From a virus, in IMG/VR virus record IMGVR_UViG_3300032268_001296, positions 32,001-96,000 of that record: DNA of 64,000 nucleotides; one strand, written 5' to 3'. A program made the translations under genes and the position numbers. A model generated the notes under the pieces. The model was not told the DNA's origin. It saw only the letters and a list, made by a program, of their open reading frames with translations, and ran no database searches. Positions 1-8,417 of this stretch are shown in pieces. How positions within the stretch are numbered: the stretch's first letter is position 1; every line of letters starts with the position of its first letter.

Positions 1-730
1 TCCATCCTTCTGACCAGTGAGTATGAAGTAAAAGTTTCGCGTTTGGAACTTCCCTTTTAAACTCTTTGAAGCCTTCTAAAATATTTGGAACGCTTTTTCT
101 GAGTTGATTTCTGAAAACAAAGCCAACAATAAATTCATCTTTTAATCCAAAAGATTTGCGAAGATTTGATCTCTCTTCATCAGACATTCTATAAAACTCA
201 TTTACATTCAAGCTACCTCTCAAAGTTTTTACATGATCATAACCAATTTTCTTCATTGCTTTTTCTGCAAAAGAAGCCCAAACATAATAGTGATCAACTT
301 TTGGAGCAGCATCAATTGCTGTTTGCAGTATTGGAAGACTATCTAAAGTCGTCCAAATCATGGAGTTGATTTTGCTCCACCAAGGTTTTTCAAAGAAATT
401 GTTAAAAGCCCAGATATCTTCAATACCAATGTAAAGATCAGGCTTAAATTCTTCAATAGCTTTATCAATCATATAAGATCCATATGCAGCGGCTCTTTGT
501 TCGTTTGGATCAGAGATGCGAGATAACACATTTGGTTCGGGCAAAGAACCAACACACTTCCAAGGAAGATTTTCTAAAGATGGGTCGTTCCAATGGCGAC
601 CGTTAGCAAATTCTACAACATTATACTTTCCTGTCTTAAAAAGATAACGAAGTATGTTTTTCTTGTGCTTTCCAAAACCTGTAAAAGCTTTGCAAAAATT
701 ACTATGAATCAAAACAGTTTTCTTATTCAT
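1..730 (-). CDS. GT-B (GT4-like) glycosyltransferase, truncated at window edge (absent from ORF track)
   Basis: Hand translation from ATG 730: MNKKTVLIHSNFCKAFTGFGK...EEFKPDLYIGIEDIW...FIVGFVFRNQLRKSVPNILEGF; open to base 1. Confidence 0.8.
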   Translation of the reverse strand, partial: MNKKTVLIHSNFCKAFTGFGKHKKNILRYLFKTGKYNVVEFANGRHWNDPSLENLPWKCVGSLPEPNVLSRISDPNEQRAAAYGSYMIDKAIEEFKPDLYIGIEDIWAFNNFFEKPWWSKINSMIWTTLDSLPILQTAIDAAPKVDHYYVWASFAEKAMKKIGYDHVKTLRGSLNVNEFYRMSDEERSNLRKSFGLKDEFIVGFVFRNQLRKSVPNILEGFKEFKREVPNAKLLLHTHWSEGW

Positions 731-1208
731 TGCTCTTTCCGTTATTATAAGCGTTTAAATTTCTAAAATTAAAAGTCTTAGCTAGTACACCCTTAAAGAA
801 TTCTCTGATAACGTAAGCTTCACCGATCTCAATACCAATGCCGAATTTAAGCGCCGAGTTTTTAGAAATGGAAAGAGAGAAAGCTTTCGCGCCATTGTTT
901 TTTGTATATGGCTTAAACTGAATTGAAGTCTTGTTATCTTCGAAAGTGTGGAAGGTATTATACTCACAATAGTTTTCAATTGCGTGAATAAAACCACCCA
1001 ACTCAAATTCATTAAACTTAACAATAATTGTTTTGTCTGGATTTTTTGCATTTTCAGAAAACGAACCATTTTTGATTTTATCATTCCAAGAATGCTGCAT
1101 AATGGCGTTGATATAAACGCAAGGCTCCTTTGCTTTACCTGTTTGACCGAGATTGAAAGAGAATGCGCATCCAAGATTTCGCGAATTTGGTTTGTATAAA
1201 GCTATCAT
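723..1208 (-). CDS. Whirly/PC4-fold ssDNA-binding protein (putative); start moved to ATG 1208
   Basis: Ordered motifs LYK...KTIIVKFNEFELGGFI...FH...FSLSI...IGIEIGEAYVI parallel Whirly domains; ATG follows TATACT. Confidence 0.5.
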   Translation of the reverse strand: MIALYKPNSRNLGCAFSFNLGQTGKAKEPCVYINAIMQHSWNDKIKNGSFSENAKNPDKTIIVKFNEFELGGFIHAIENYCEYNTFHTFEDNKTSIQFKPYTKNNGAKAFSLSISKNSALKFGIGIEIGEAYVIREFFKGVLAKTFNFRNLNAYNNGKSNE

Positions 1209-1213
1209 ATTGC

Positions 1214-1265
1214 AGTATATTAATTGAAAACAAACACTTGTCAATTTTGTTTTTTTAAGTAAAAT
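1214..1265. promoter_or_regulatory. Divergent sigma70-type promoters
   Basis: + strand TTGTCA(1238)-16-TAAAAT(1260), 5 nt before ATG 1271; - strand TTGACA(1244) with TATACT (atypical 19-nt spacer) 5 nt before ATG 1208. Confidence 0.5.
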
Positions 1266-1270
1266 TTATT

Positions 1271-1909
1271 ATGCCTTATTTAAATCATAACATACCAACC
1301 ATCACATGTTTTATTCGAAACGAGTATCTTTTTAATCATGAAAAAGGTCATGGTGAGTACACTCCATGCGACGTTCATAGCGTAGCATCTATCGAAAAAA
1401 GAGTTCCTTTGTTTGAAGCGTTTTTAACTAATGGAGTTAATTGGACTAGAAGACCCATCACCGCATTTTGTTGGAAACCTTGTGATCCCGTGCCTCTTGA
1501 AAAAGCTATGTATTGGAATTGCTTTAGTCCTTATGTTGATGTTCAAATTAGAACTAGAATGGCTGGACTTAAAGCGCAGTTAATTAATCCCGATGGCAAA
1601 AAGGAATGGGGAGAGTATATGTTTACGCTAGATTGGAGCTGGGAAAATAAAAGCATTCTTGATACCAATTTTTCAGAAACCCCCGAACACAAATGTGCTC
1701 ATTTGTTTAAAATGGATAATGGTAATTTTTATGCTTATCCAAACAATAGAATTGTGTGGCATGATGATGCTTGGGTTGATGTTCCAATTTCAAAAAATCC
1801 AGGATATCAAATAGACTTAAATATATACAGTGTTGAAAACAAAAGAATTCAATACACGGACTATAGTTACATAACTGAATTTACAAATGAACCGCAAACA
1901 AAAGATTGA
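1271..1909 (+). CDS. Hypothetical phage protein
   Basis: 212-aa ORF; EHKCAH...DNGNFYAYPNNR motif; function unknown. Confidence 0.7.
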   Translation: MPYLNHNIPTITCFIRNEYLFNHEKGHGEYTPCDVHSVASIEKRVPLFEAFLTNGVNWTRRPITAFCWKPCDPVPLEKAMYWNCFSPYVDVQIRTRMAGLKAQLINPDGKKEWGEYMFTLDWSWENKSILDTNFSETPEHKCAHLFKMDNGNFYAYPNNRIVWHDDAWVDVPISKNPGYQIDLNIYSVENKRIQYTDYSYITEFTNEPQTKD

Positions 1910-2294
1910 AAAAGAAATACTTCACGATATCGTGGTGAAATTGGCTCCGAGCAAGATTACAAATGCTGGAGTTGGAGTTTTTGCTTTAACTAATATCGAA
2001 AAAGGAGAAGTGGTATTTCGTCCCGAAAAAAATGAATTCATTACATGGGAAAGTTTGAAAGGTTTAGAATCTAATATATTTAACCACATTAAAAGCATTT
2101 GCAATAATGATGATTACGGATTTTGGATTGACTGTTCAATCAATAAAGTAAATCCCTCTTATTATGTAAATCATTCCAATACTCCAAATTTATATCATGA
2201 TTTACAAACAGACATCTTTTCCGCTATTGAAAATATACAAATTGGAGATGAATTGACTTGTAAATATTTGCCCAAAGAGATTGATTGGGTGTAA
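1887..2294 (+). CDS. SET-domain lysine methyltransferase
   Basis: SKITNAGVGVFA (GxG motif), YVNHSNTPN (NHSxxPN), IQIGDELTCKY (ELxxxY). Confidence 0.9.
   Translation: MNRKQKIEKEILHDIVVKLAPSKITNAGVGVFALTNIEKGEVVFRPEKNEFITWESLKGLESNIFNHIKSICNNDDYGFWIDCSINKVNPSYYVNHSNTPNLYHDLQTDIFSAIENIQIGDELTCKYLPKEIDWV
2289..2294 (+). promoter_or_regulatory. GTGTAA putative phage promoter element
   Basis: 9 nt before ATG 2304; overlaps the Val-stop codons of the SET gene; recurs 12 times in the window. Confidence 0.65.
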
Positions 2295-2303
2295 TAAAAT
2301 ATA

Positions 2304-2636
2304 ATGAGTGCAGCTTATACTGGAATAACTATTGAACAAAGAGAATGCTTTGATTTGACCCTAACTATATCAAAGAATGGCTCTATTTATGATTTAAGCG
2401 GCGTAAATTTAACTGGTGAAATTAGAAGAGATTTCGACAATAAACTCCAAGTAGTTTTTAAAACTGAAATCATTAGCATCCCAAGTGGTATCGCCAAAAT
2501 AAGTTTAAGTGGATCTGAAACAGCTCAAATAGATTTGTCTCCTTGTAGTTGGGATTTATTTGCAGATAAGTTAAATGCTTGTCCTGATAAGCTTATGTAT
2601 GGCCCAGTTTATTTAATTAAAAATATTACTAAATAA
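2304..2636 (+). CDS. Small virion fibre-adaptor / BppU-N-like protein
   Basis: TIEQ..FDLTLTI...YDLSG...GIAKISLSGSETA...WDL pattern; immediately upstream of a fibre gene. Confidence 0.5.
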   Translation: MSAAYTGITIEQRECFDLTLTISKNGSIYDLSGVNLTGEIRRDFDNKLQVVFKTEIISIPSGIAKISLSGSETAQIDLSPCSWDLFADKLNACPDKLMYGPVYLIKNITK

Positions 2637-3790
2637 TGAGCGACCAAATCTCCATAAACGTTATTACAGATCAAACCGTCAACATTTCAGTTGAAGAAAA
2701 TGATAATAATTTTTTATTGGCTCCAACTGATTTAAATCAGGAGCAGTTTTATCCCCTAAGTAATCCAAGTGGATTTATTACAGCAAGTCAAACGGGAGCG
2801 TTTTACCCAGCGAGCAATCCTAGCGGATTTCTCACTGGCGTAGATCTTTCGCCATACGTAACGGGCGACGTAGTTCGCCCGAGTCAAACGGGAGCGTTTT
2901 ACCCAGCGAGCAATCCTAGCGGATTTATCACTGGAATTACTAATATAGTATATACTACTGGCGATCAATCAATTGCTGGAAATAAAACTTTTTCGGATAA
3001 TATAGTCGCAAACGGAATGTTTAATCGTTTGCCAAACCAATTATTATCAACTGATGCTGCTATGAATTATCGATTAGCTCAGATAATACAAAACACACAG
3101 TCTTTAACATTAGCGCCAATGATAAATGGATGGAGTAATGTAACAACATTGCAGCCAAATACTAGTATTGCTACAGATAGAGGATTTATAAGACTAGATG
3201 CTGCTAGTAATATAGGTTTTGGCGCAATAACTGCATACATGGTTGGTGGCGAAGTTGCATGTATAGGCCAACAAGTTGCAGGTAGAGACGCTTATGTTAA
3301 TTTGTCCAATAGAGTTGGAATATCTTTTTTAGTAAAAAGCGGAGGAGATTCATTCAATCCTTTGGTTCAAGATTGGGCTTTTGCATATGGAACATATGAC
3401 GCTATAACAGGTCATAGTATGGATAATTTATATCCAATATCACAAAGCACGGCTGGATATAGAGCATATGTTTGCGTAACATGTAACTCTGGTGAAATTC
3501 GATTAAGGGTATGCGACAAAAACAGAACCCGCGTAGACTCACAGGTTTTAGAAACTATCACAGGAATTAGTCATTTTTCTAGAAATTATGCTATTATATT
3601 AGATGCAGGGACTGCTTATTTATACAAAAATAGAACATTATTAGGTCAAGTAACTGGAGCAACAACGCATAATGATTTAAATGGAGCTGCTGGAGGGGCA
3701 TTTTTTAATCATACAGCCTCCATGACGGGAACCGCTACTAGAAGAAGACTTACTTTAGTTAGTTCTAAAATTTGGTGGGAAGACATTTAA
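2636..3790 (+). CDS. Tail fibre / receptor-binding protein
   Basis: Three FYPxSNPSGF(I/L)T repeats, VYTTGDQSIAGNKTF fibre motif, beta-rich C-terminal domain. Confidence 0.7.
   Translation: MSDQISINVITDQTVNISVEENDNNFLLAPTDLNQEQFYPLSNPSGFITASQTGAFYPASNPSGFLTGVDLSPYVTGDVVRPSQTGAFYPASNPSGFITGITNIVYTTGDQSIAGNKTFSDNIVANGMFNRLPNQLLSTDAAMNYRLAQIIQNTQSLTLAPMINGWSNVTTLQPNTSIATDRGFIRLDAASNIGFGAITAYMVGGEVACIGQQVAGRDAYVNLSNRVGISFLVKSGGDSFNPLVQDWAFAYGTYDAITGHSMDNLYPISQSTAGYRAYVCVTCNSGEIRLRVCDKNRTRVDSQVLETITGISHFSRNYAIILDAGTAYLYKNRTLLGQVTGATTHNDLNGAAGGAFFNHTASMTGTATRRRLTLVSSKIWWEDI
2786..2926 (+). repeat. Exact 45-bp direct repeat inside the fibre gene (2786-2830, 2882-2926)
   Basis: agtcaaacgggagcgttttacccagcgagcaatcctagcggattt x2, period 96 nt (32 codons). 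Confidence 0.95.
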
Positions 3791-3793
3791 TTT

Positions 3794-4168
3794 ATGATAA
3801 CGAATAAAACACAACTAGAAAAAGACATCAACAATATAGACCAAATGTCTCAAACTGCCATACTCGCAGCTTCCGCTTTTGCGCATTCTTTAAACAACGC
3901 ATATATAGCTCTTTGGTCTCTTCCTGAAGACAGATTGCTTCCAATACTACAAAAGATGTATGACGACAATACATTTTTAAAAATATTTGGCGATCATAAT
4001 TATGCAGCAAGCGCAATCAACACAATATTAAACAACGGAAATCATCAAGGTGTTCGAGCATATGATGCAGCTCCAAAAGAAATAGAAATTACAGATGGCA
4101 TACTTTCTTTCAAAGTAATTCCAGTTCCTGAAATTGTTGATGAAAATGTTGATAACATAATTATATAA
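3794..4168 (+). CDS. Hypothetical protein (possible fibre chaperone)
   Basis: 124-aa ORF directly after the fibre gene; function from position only. Confidence 0.55.
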   Translation: MITNKTQLEKDINNIDQMSQTAILAASAFAHSLNNAYIALWSLPEDRLLPILQKMYDDNTFLKIFGDHNYAASAINTILNNGNHQGVRAYDAAPKEIEITDGILSFKVIPVPEIVDENVDNIII

Positions 4169-4185
4169 ATCAAACCTATTAAATC

Positions 4186-4773
4186 ATGAGCATTGTAAAT
4201 GCATTAAATCAAGAAGTGAATTCTTTTAATACTTTAACAGGTATATCGTTAAAGCCTCAAATTAATTTCGAGCAGATGCCAACAGTTAATGGCGAGCCTT
4301 TAGATGGAGGTGGAATTTCTAGCATCCAGTTTAAAAAATTAACTTCTTTATCTACTAGAAACAATAATACATATACAAAAGAAAGCGATCTTAGTAATTT
4401 TTCTATAGATGCTGGTTCTACTTATAAAGTAGAAATTCAATTAATAGCATCATCTACAAGCGCTGATGGAATAAAATGTAGAATAACAACTCCATCTACA
4501 ATAAGTACATCTGTTTTTAATGTTGGAAACGCTGTTGATTTTTCTAACGCATTTAAAAGTTTATCTTATTCAAATGACAGCAACACAGAGATTATTCTTT
4601 TTGCGTCAGCTATTTCGATTCCTCAATTCCGCGCATTTACGGGATTTTTTATTTTTACAGCAAATCAATCTGGAGTTTTAGATTTTGAGTGGGCTAAGCA
4701 AAATAATACAGCTGGCCAAACAACATCTCTATCGATAAATAGTTGTATTACAGTCACAAAATTATCTACTTAA
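4186..4773 (+). CDS. Putative virion fibre/spike head protein
   Basis: PTVNG motif then S/T-rich beta-sandwich ending GVLDFEWAKQ...SCITVTKL. Confidence 0.5.
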   Translation: MSIVNALNQEVNSFNTLTGISLKPQINFEQMPTVNGEPLDGGGISSIQFKKLTSLSTRNNNTYTKESDLSNFSIDAGSTYKVEIQLIASSTSADGIKCRITTPSTISTSVFNVGNAVDFSNAFKSLSYSNDSNTEIILFASAISIPQFRAFTGFFIFTANQSGVLDFEWAKQNNTAGQTTSLSINSCITVTKLST

Positions 4774-5833
4774 AACTCAAAACTGGCTCTAATATAGACT
4801 TATAAATAAACTCATAATGCTTCTTTACAGAAGCTATCTTAAAGAATTTATTATTGTTTCTGGCAAATAAATCAATAAGATCCAAAATCTTCATTGGTCT
4901 AGAAGAAGAGAATACGTAAACCTCTTTCAAGTATTGCGTCAAGATCTCTAGGAATATTTTTCTTTGGCTTATTTGATTACAAACTTCATACTCAAAATAG
5001 TCTTGTTGACATGGTGTTTTGCCGTTTGATTTGATAAAGCAATCAAGGAAGAATCTTTCCTGCTCTTCATTAAAGCCAGAGTAGATGCAGAAAGCTGATA
5101 AATCTAAATATACATTGCCGAGATAGCTTTCAGTAAAATCAACAAATTTGAAAGTACCTCGATTAAATAAAATATTTGAAGCTTTTAATCTTCCATGACA
5201 CAAAGAGTTTTTTCTCACCACTTTAGGATCAGATAAAACAAATAATTCCTCTTCTACGCTTTTTATTGTTTGTTTAATTAAGTTGAGATCACTAAAGCTT
5301 TCTATAGCCTCAATGCTTTCTTGTGGAAGATTGTTAATGTTTACTGAGTTTAAAAAATCATTTAAATGCTCGTTGTAGCTTCTTAGTTGGAGATTTTCTT
5401 GCTGCAAAGAGTTATACTTGATAAAGAACTCATCAAGATTTTCCATGATTAAAGAAATGCCTAAGCTTTTTAGATCAAAAGCTTTTTCAAAAGAAATGAT
5501 TGAATAATGAATTGTATCGCCGAAAACTTTAGATCCATAATGAGCAGCTTTTGCTGTTGAGTAATTTGGCAGTAGATTTAAAATATCAAATTCTCTTTTT
5601 ATACTGCTGTTTTTTGAATCCATACTATACTTTATGCAGTAGGAGTTATTTTCAGAGTCAGCTCGATAAACATCGTAGTCTTGATTCGATGCGACGAAAG
5701 AAATTGAAAAATTACTTGGATCTATTGCTGCATTTTTTAAAATTTCAAAAACTATTTCATCGCCGCCTTCAAACGTATCTTTTTCAATTTCAAAGAAATA
5801 AGGTTCGTTTTTGTATATAGAATCAAAACTCAT
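4766..5833 (-). CDS. APH/choline-kinase-fold protein, probably a pseudokinase
   Basis: YCIK, REFDIL, CHGRLKASNILF (HGD changed to HGR), FVDF, DLS. Confidence 0.7.
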   Translation of the reverse strand: MSFDSIYKNEPYFFEIEKDTFEGGDEIVFEILKNAAIDPSNFSISFVASNQDYDVYRADSENNSYCIKYSMDSKNSSIKREFDILNLLPNYSTAKAAHYGSKVFGDTIHYSIISFEKAFDLKSLGISLIMENLDEFFIKYNSLQQENLQLRSYNEHLNDFLNSVNINNLPQESIEAIESFSDLNLIKQTIKSVEEELFVLSDPKVVRKNSLCHGRLKASNILFNRGTFKFVDFTESYLGNVYLDLSAFCIYSGFNEEQERFFLDCFIKSNGKTPCQQDYFEYEVCNQISQRKIFLEILTQYLKEVYVFSSSRPMKILDLIDLFARNNNKFFKIASVKKHYEFIYKSILEPVLSFK

Positions 5834-5843
5834 ATCTTATGAT

Positions 5844-5874
5844 AAAAAAAAACCTCAGTCTTTCGACTGAGGTT
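5844..5874 (-). terminator. Intrinsic terminator
   Basis: AACCTCAGTC-TTTC-GACTGAGGTT stem followed by a T-run on the - strand. Confidence 0.85.
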
Positions 5875-5897
5875 CGAATAAAGAATGTTGAGTTTTA

Positions 5898-6116
5898 TTA
5901 CGAGATTTGAACAGCTCCCATGCCGAACTTAGAAAGACTAGTCTTATTGAGGCGACGATGAGTGAAGTTATTTCGGTCGTAAATGACTACAGTCTTTGGA
6001 GTTTCATATGCGAACTGAGCATTGATGAGTTGTCCATGCTTAGTGCTAAGGCTGAAGAATCGACCTTCACTAAGACGCATTGCTTCGACGATTTTATTTT
6101 CAGTATTGTTTTTCAT
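5898..6116 (-). CDS. Small hypothetical protein
   Basis: 72 aa; flanked by its own sigma70 promoter and terminator. Confidence 0.7.
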   Translation of the reverse strand: MKNNTENKIVEAMRLSEGRFFSLSTKHGQLINAQFAYETPKTVVIYDRNNFTHRRLNKTSLSKFGMGAVQIS

Positions 6117-6124
6117 ATGTATAG

Positions 6125-6153
6125 ATCTTAGCAGATGTTCAGCTTGTTGTCAA
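6125..6153 (-). promoter_or_regulatory. sigma70 promoter inside the clp 3' end
   Basis: TTGACA-17-TAAGAT with TG extension; 8 nt before ATG 6116. Confidence 0.75.
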
Positions 6154-8401
6154 TCATTTTTGCAGAAACTTGCTTCGCATTTGGATTTTGAATCAGGAAT
6201 TTTGCAATTGGGATCTCGATGTTTTTTCGAACAATCTTTTTGATGTCGCGAGCATGATCTTCGTTTTTAAAATCAATAAAATCTGAAGCTTCAATCGACA
6301 TTTGCAGATCAACGCCATTCTTCTTCATGGATTCTTTAATTTCATTCAATTTAAAACTAAAGATTTTTGACACAGATGCTGAAGACAGAGAGTTGAATAC
6401 TACCACCTCATCGATGCGAGAAGCCAGCTCTGGCGCAAGGTAGCTGTTTACGGAAGCTTGGTAAGCATCTTGCTTGTCGATCTGTTCTGGAGCGAATCCA
6501 AGCTGCTTAGACTGCACTGAGTTAGAGCCTACATTGCTGGTCATGACGATAATGCATCGTGAAAAATCAATAGACCTATTCAAATTATCTTTCAAAGATG
6601 CTTCGTCTAGAATTTGCAACAAGAGATTTAAAACATTTGGATTGCACTTTTCGGCTTCATCAAACAAAATCAAACTATTGGGATTCTTCCTCACAAACTC
6701 TGTAAGCAGCCCCCCCTCTTCAAAGCCGACATAGCCAGCGCTAGCTCCAATCAAACGAGAAATAGAAGATTGCTCTTGGTATTCGCTCATATTGATTTGC
6801 AAAAAGCTTTTTTCGTTTCCGTAAAACTCTTTTGCAATTTTTTTAGCTGTGAAAGTTTTGCCGACGCTTGTCGGGCCAACAAAAAAGAAGCTGGCAATTG
6901 GGCGAGTGGAACTTTGCAATCCAACTTTAGCACACGCTAGCAAATCATAGATTTTTGAGATATTTTCTTCTTGTCCATAAACATATTGATTAATGCTTTG
7001 CTCAAAAGAGCTGAACTTTTTAGAACTCGATTGTTTGATTGTTTCAATATCAACGTTAATTTTTTCAGCAATTACTGAATAAATATCATTTGCCGAGACT
7101 TTTGTATTTTTTCTCTTGCTTCTAATTCTCGCTTTGGAAGAAGCCAAGTCAATAACATCAAAAGCTTTATCTGGAAATCTTTGATTTGGAAGATAGGTTT
7201 CGCACAATTTAACAGCCAACTCTCCAAGTTCATTAGAGAATTTAATGTTGTGATGCAATTCATAACCAGGTAGCGATCCTTGAATCATCAAAAGAGTATC
7301 CTTTGCATCAGGCTCATCTACATACACGGCATGAAATCTGCGAGCAAGAGCTGCATCTTTTTCAAAATGCTTTTTATATTCAGAAGATGTTGTAGCTCCA
7401 ATACATTTAATTTCTCCACGAGCAAGAGAAGGTTTGATTATATTGGCAAAATCTTGAGCGCCTTCTTTGCTTCCAGCTCCAACGATAGTATGAATTTCGT
7501 CAATAAACAGAATGCAGTCTTTTTCTTTTTTAAGCTCAGAAAGAAGCTGATTCAATCGAGCTTCAAATTGACCTCTATATTTAGTTCCAGCAACTAAAGC
7601 TGCAACATCCAAAGAATAAATATTCTTGTTCTTTAGTGGACCATTGTAATCTGGATCTTCAATCAATTGAGCTAGACCTTCTACAATTGTAGTTTTGCCA
7701 GTTCCAGCTTCACCAATCAAAACACAGTTGCTTTTCAATTTGCGGCACAAAACTTCTTGCATTAATCCGATTTCTTTTTCTCTTCCAGAGATTTTTGAAA
7801 AAGATGGAAGCTTTACTTGTTCATTAAGAAGAGAGCAGTATTTATTAATACTGCTAATGCTGGAATGTTCTTCATCTTCATCATCCTCGTCTTCATCATC
7901 TAAAACAAGATCTTCGTCTCCAAACATGGTATTTGGATTTTCTCCAGCAATAAAAGCAAGAACAGAAAGTTTTAGATGTTCTGTGTCGATGTCTCTTTCC
8001 AAGAGCAAATCGCAAAATCTTGGATGGCTTTCCAAAAAGGAATAAATAATATGCTCAGTGCCAACATATGCATGTTCATATTTTTTAGAAATCTTGTGAG
8101 AAGCAATCAGAAGAACACCTAAGTCCTTTGAAACTTCGAAAGACTTAAGATTATTGTTAATAAACGCAGAAGGATTCTCTTTTGCAATTTTGTCAATGAC
8201 ACTGATGATTTTTTTCTGCGTAAGCAAGATTCCCCTGCTCTTAAGAAAACTTTCGAAACATCCACTCGAATTTTTAAAGCACAAATAAAACATGTGCATT
8301 GAGTTTCCCACGCTGTGACCCTCTTGATCTGCAAAATCTTTTAGTTGATCTAGAGATCTAGAAGCACTAGAGGTAAAATTAATCTTTCCTACGTCCATCA
8401 T
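6128..8401 (-). CDS. ClpA/ClpC-type AAA+ unfoldase; start likely ATG 8401 or 8398
   Basis: Clp-N repeats, GEAGTGKT and ILFIDEIH (D1), GPTSVGKT and ILFDEAEK (D2), GYVG pore loop, LGF loop, no ClpB middle domain. Confidence 0.9.
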   Translation of the reverse strand: MMDVGKINFTSSASRSLDQLKDFADQEGHSVGNSMHMFYLCFKNSSGCFESFLKSRGILLTQKKIISVIDKIAKENPSAFINNNLKSFEVSKDLGVLLIASHKISKKYEHAYVGTEHIIYSFLESHPRFCDLLLERDIDTEHLKLSVLAFIAGENPNTMFGDEDLVLDDEDEDDEDEEHSSISSINKYCSLLNEQVKLPSFSKISGREKEIGLMQEVLCRKLKSNCVLIGEAGTGKTTIVEGLAQLIEDPDYNGPLKNKNIYSLDVAALVAGTKYRGQFEARLNQLLSELKKEKDCILFIDEIHTIVGAGSKEGAQDFANIIKPSLARGEIKCIGATTSSEYKKHFEKDAALARRFHAVYVDEPDAKDTLLMIQGSLPGYELHHNIKFSNELGELAVKLCETYLPNQRFPDKAFDVIDLASSKARIRSKRKNTKVSANDIYSVIAEKINVDIETIKQSSSKKFSSFEQSINQYVYGQEENISKIYDLLACAKVGLQSSTRPIASFFFVGPTSVGKTFTAKKIAKEFYGNEKSFLQINMSEYQEQSSISRLIGASAGYVGFEEGGLLTEFVRKNPNSLILFDEAEKCNPNVLNLLLQILDEASLKDNLNRSIDFSRCIIVMTSNVGSNSVQSKQLGFAPEQIDKQDAYQASVNSYLAPELASRIDEVVVFNSLSSASVSKIFSFKLNEIKESMKKNGVDLQMSIEASDFIDFKNEDHARDIKKIVRKNIEIPIAKFLIQNPNAKQVSAKMIDNKLNIC

Positions 8402-8417
8402 AATATTTTTACACAAG

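Noticed and set aside
2786-2926. Direct repeat as a CRISPR array or DGR template/variable pair
   Set aside because: Only two identical in-frame coding copies; no adenine-specific mismatches, no reverse transcriptase and no cas operon
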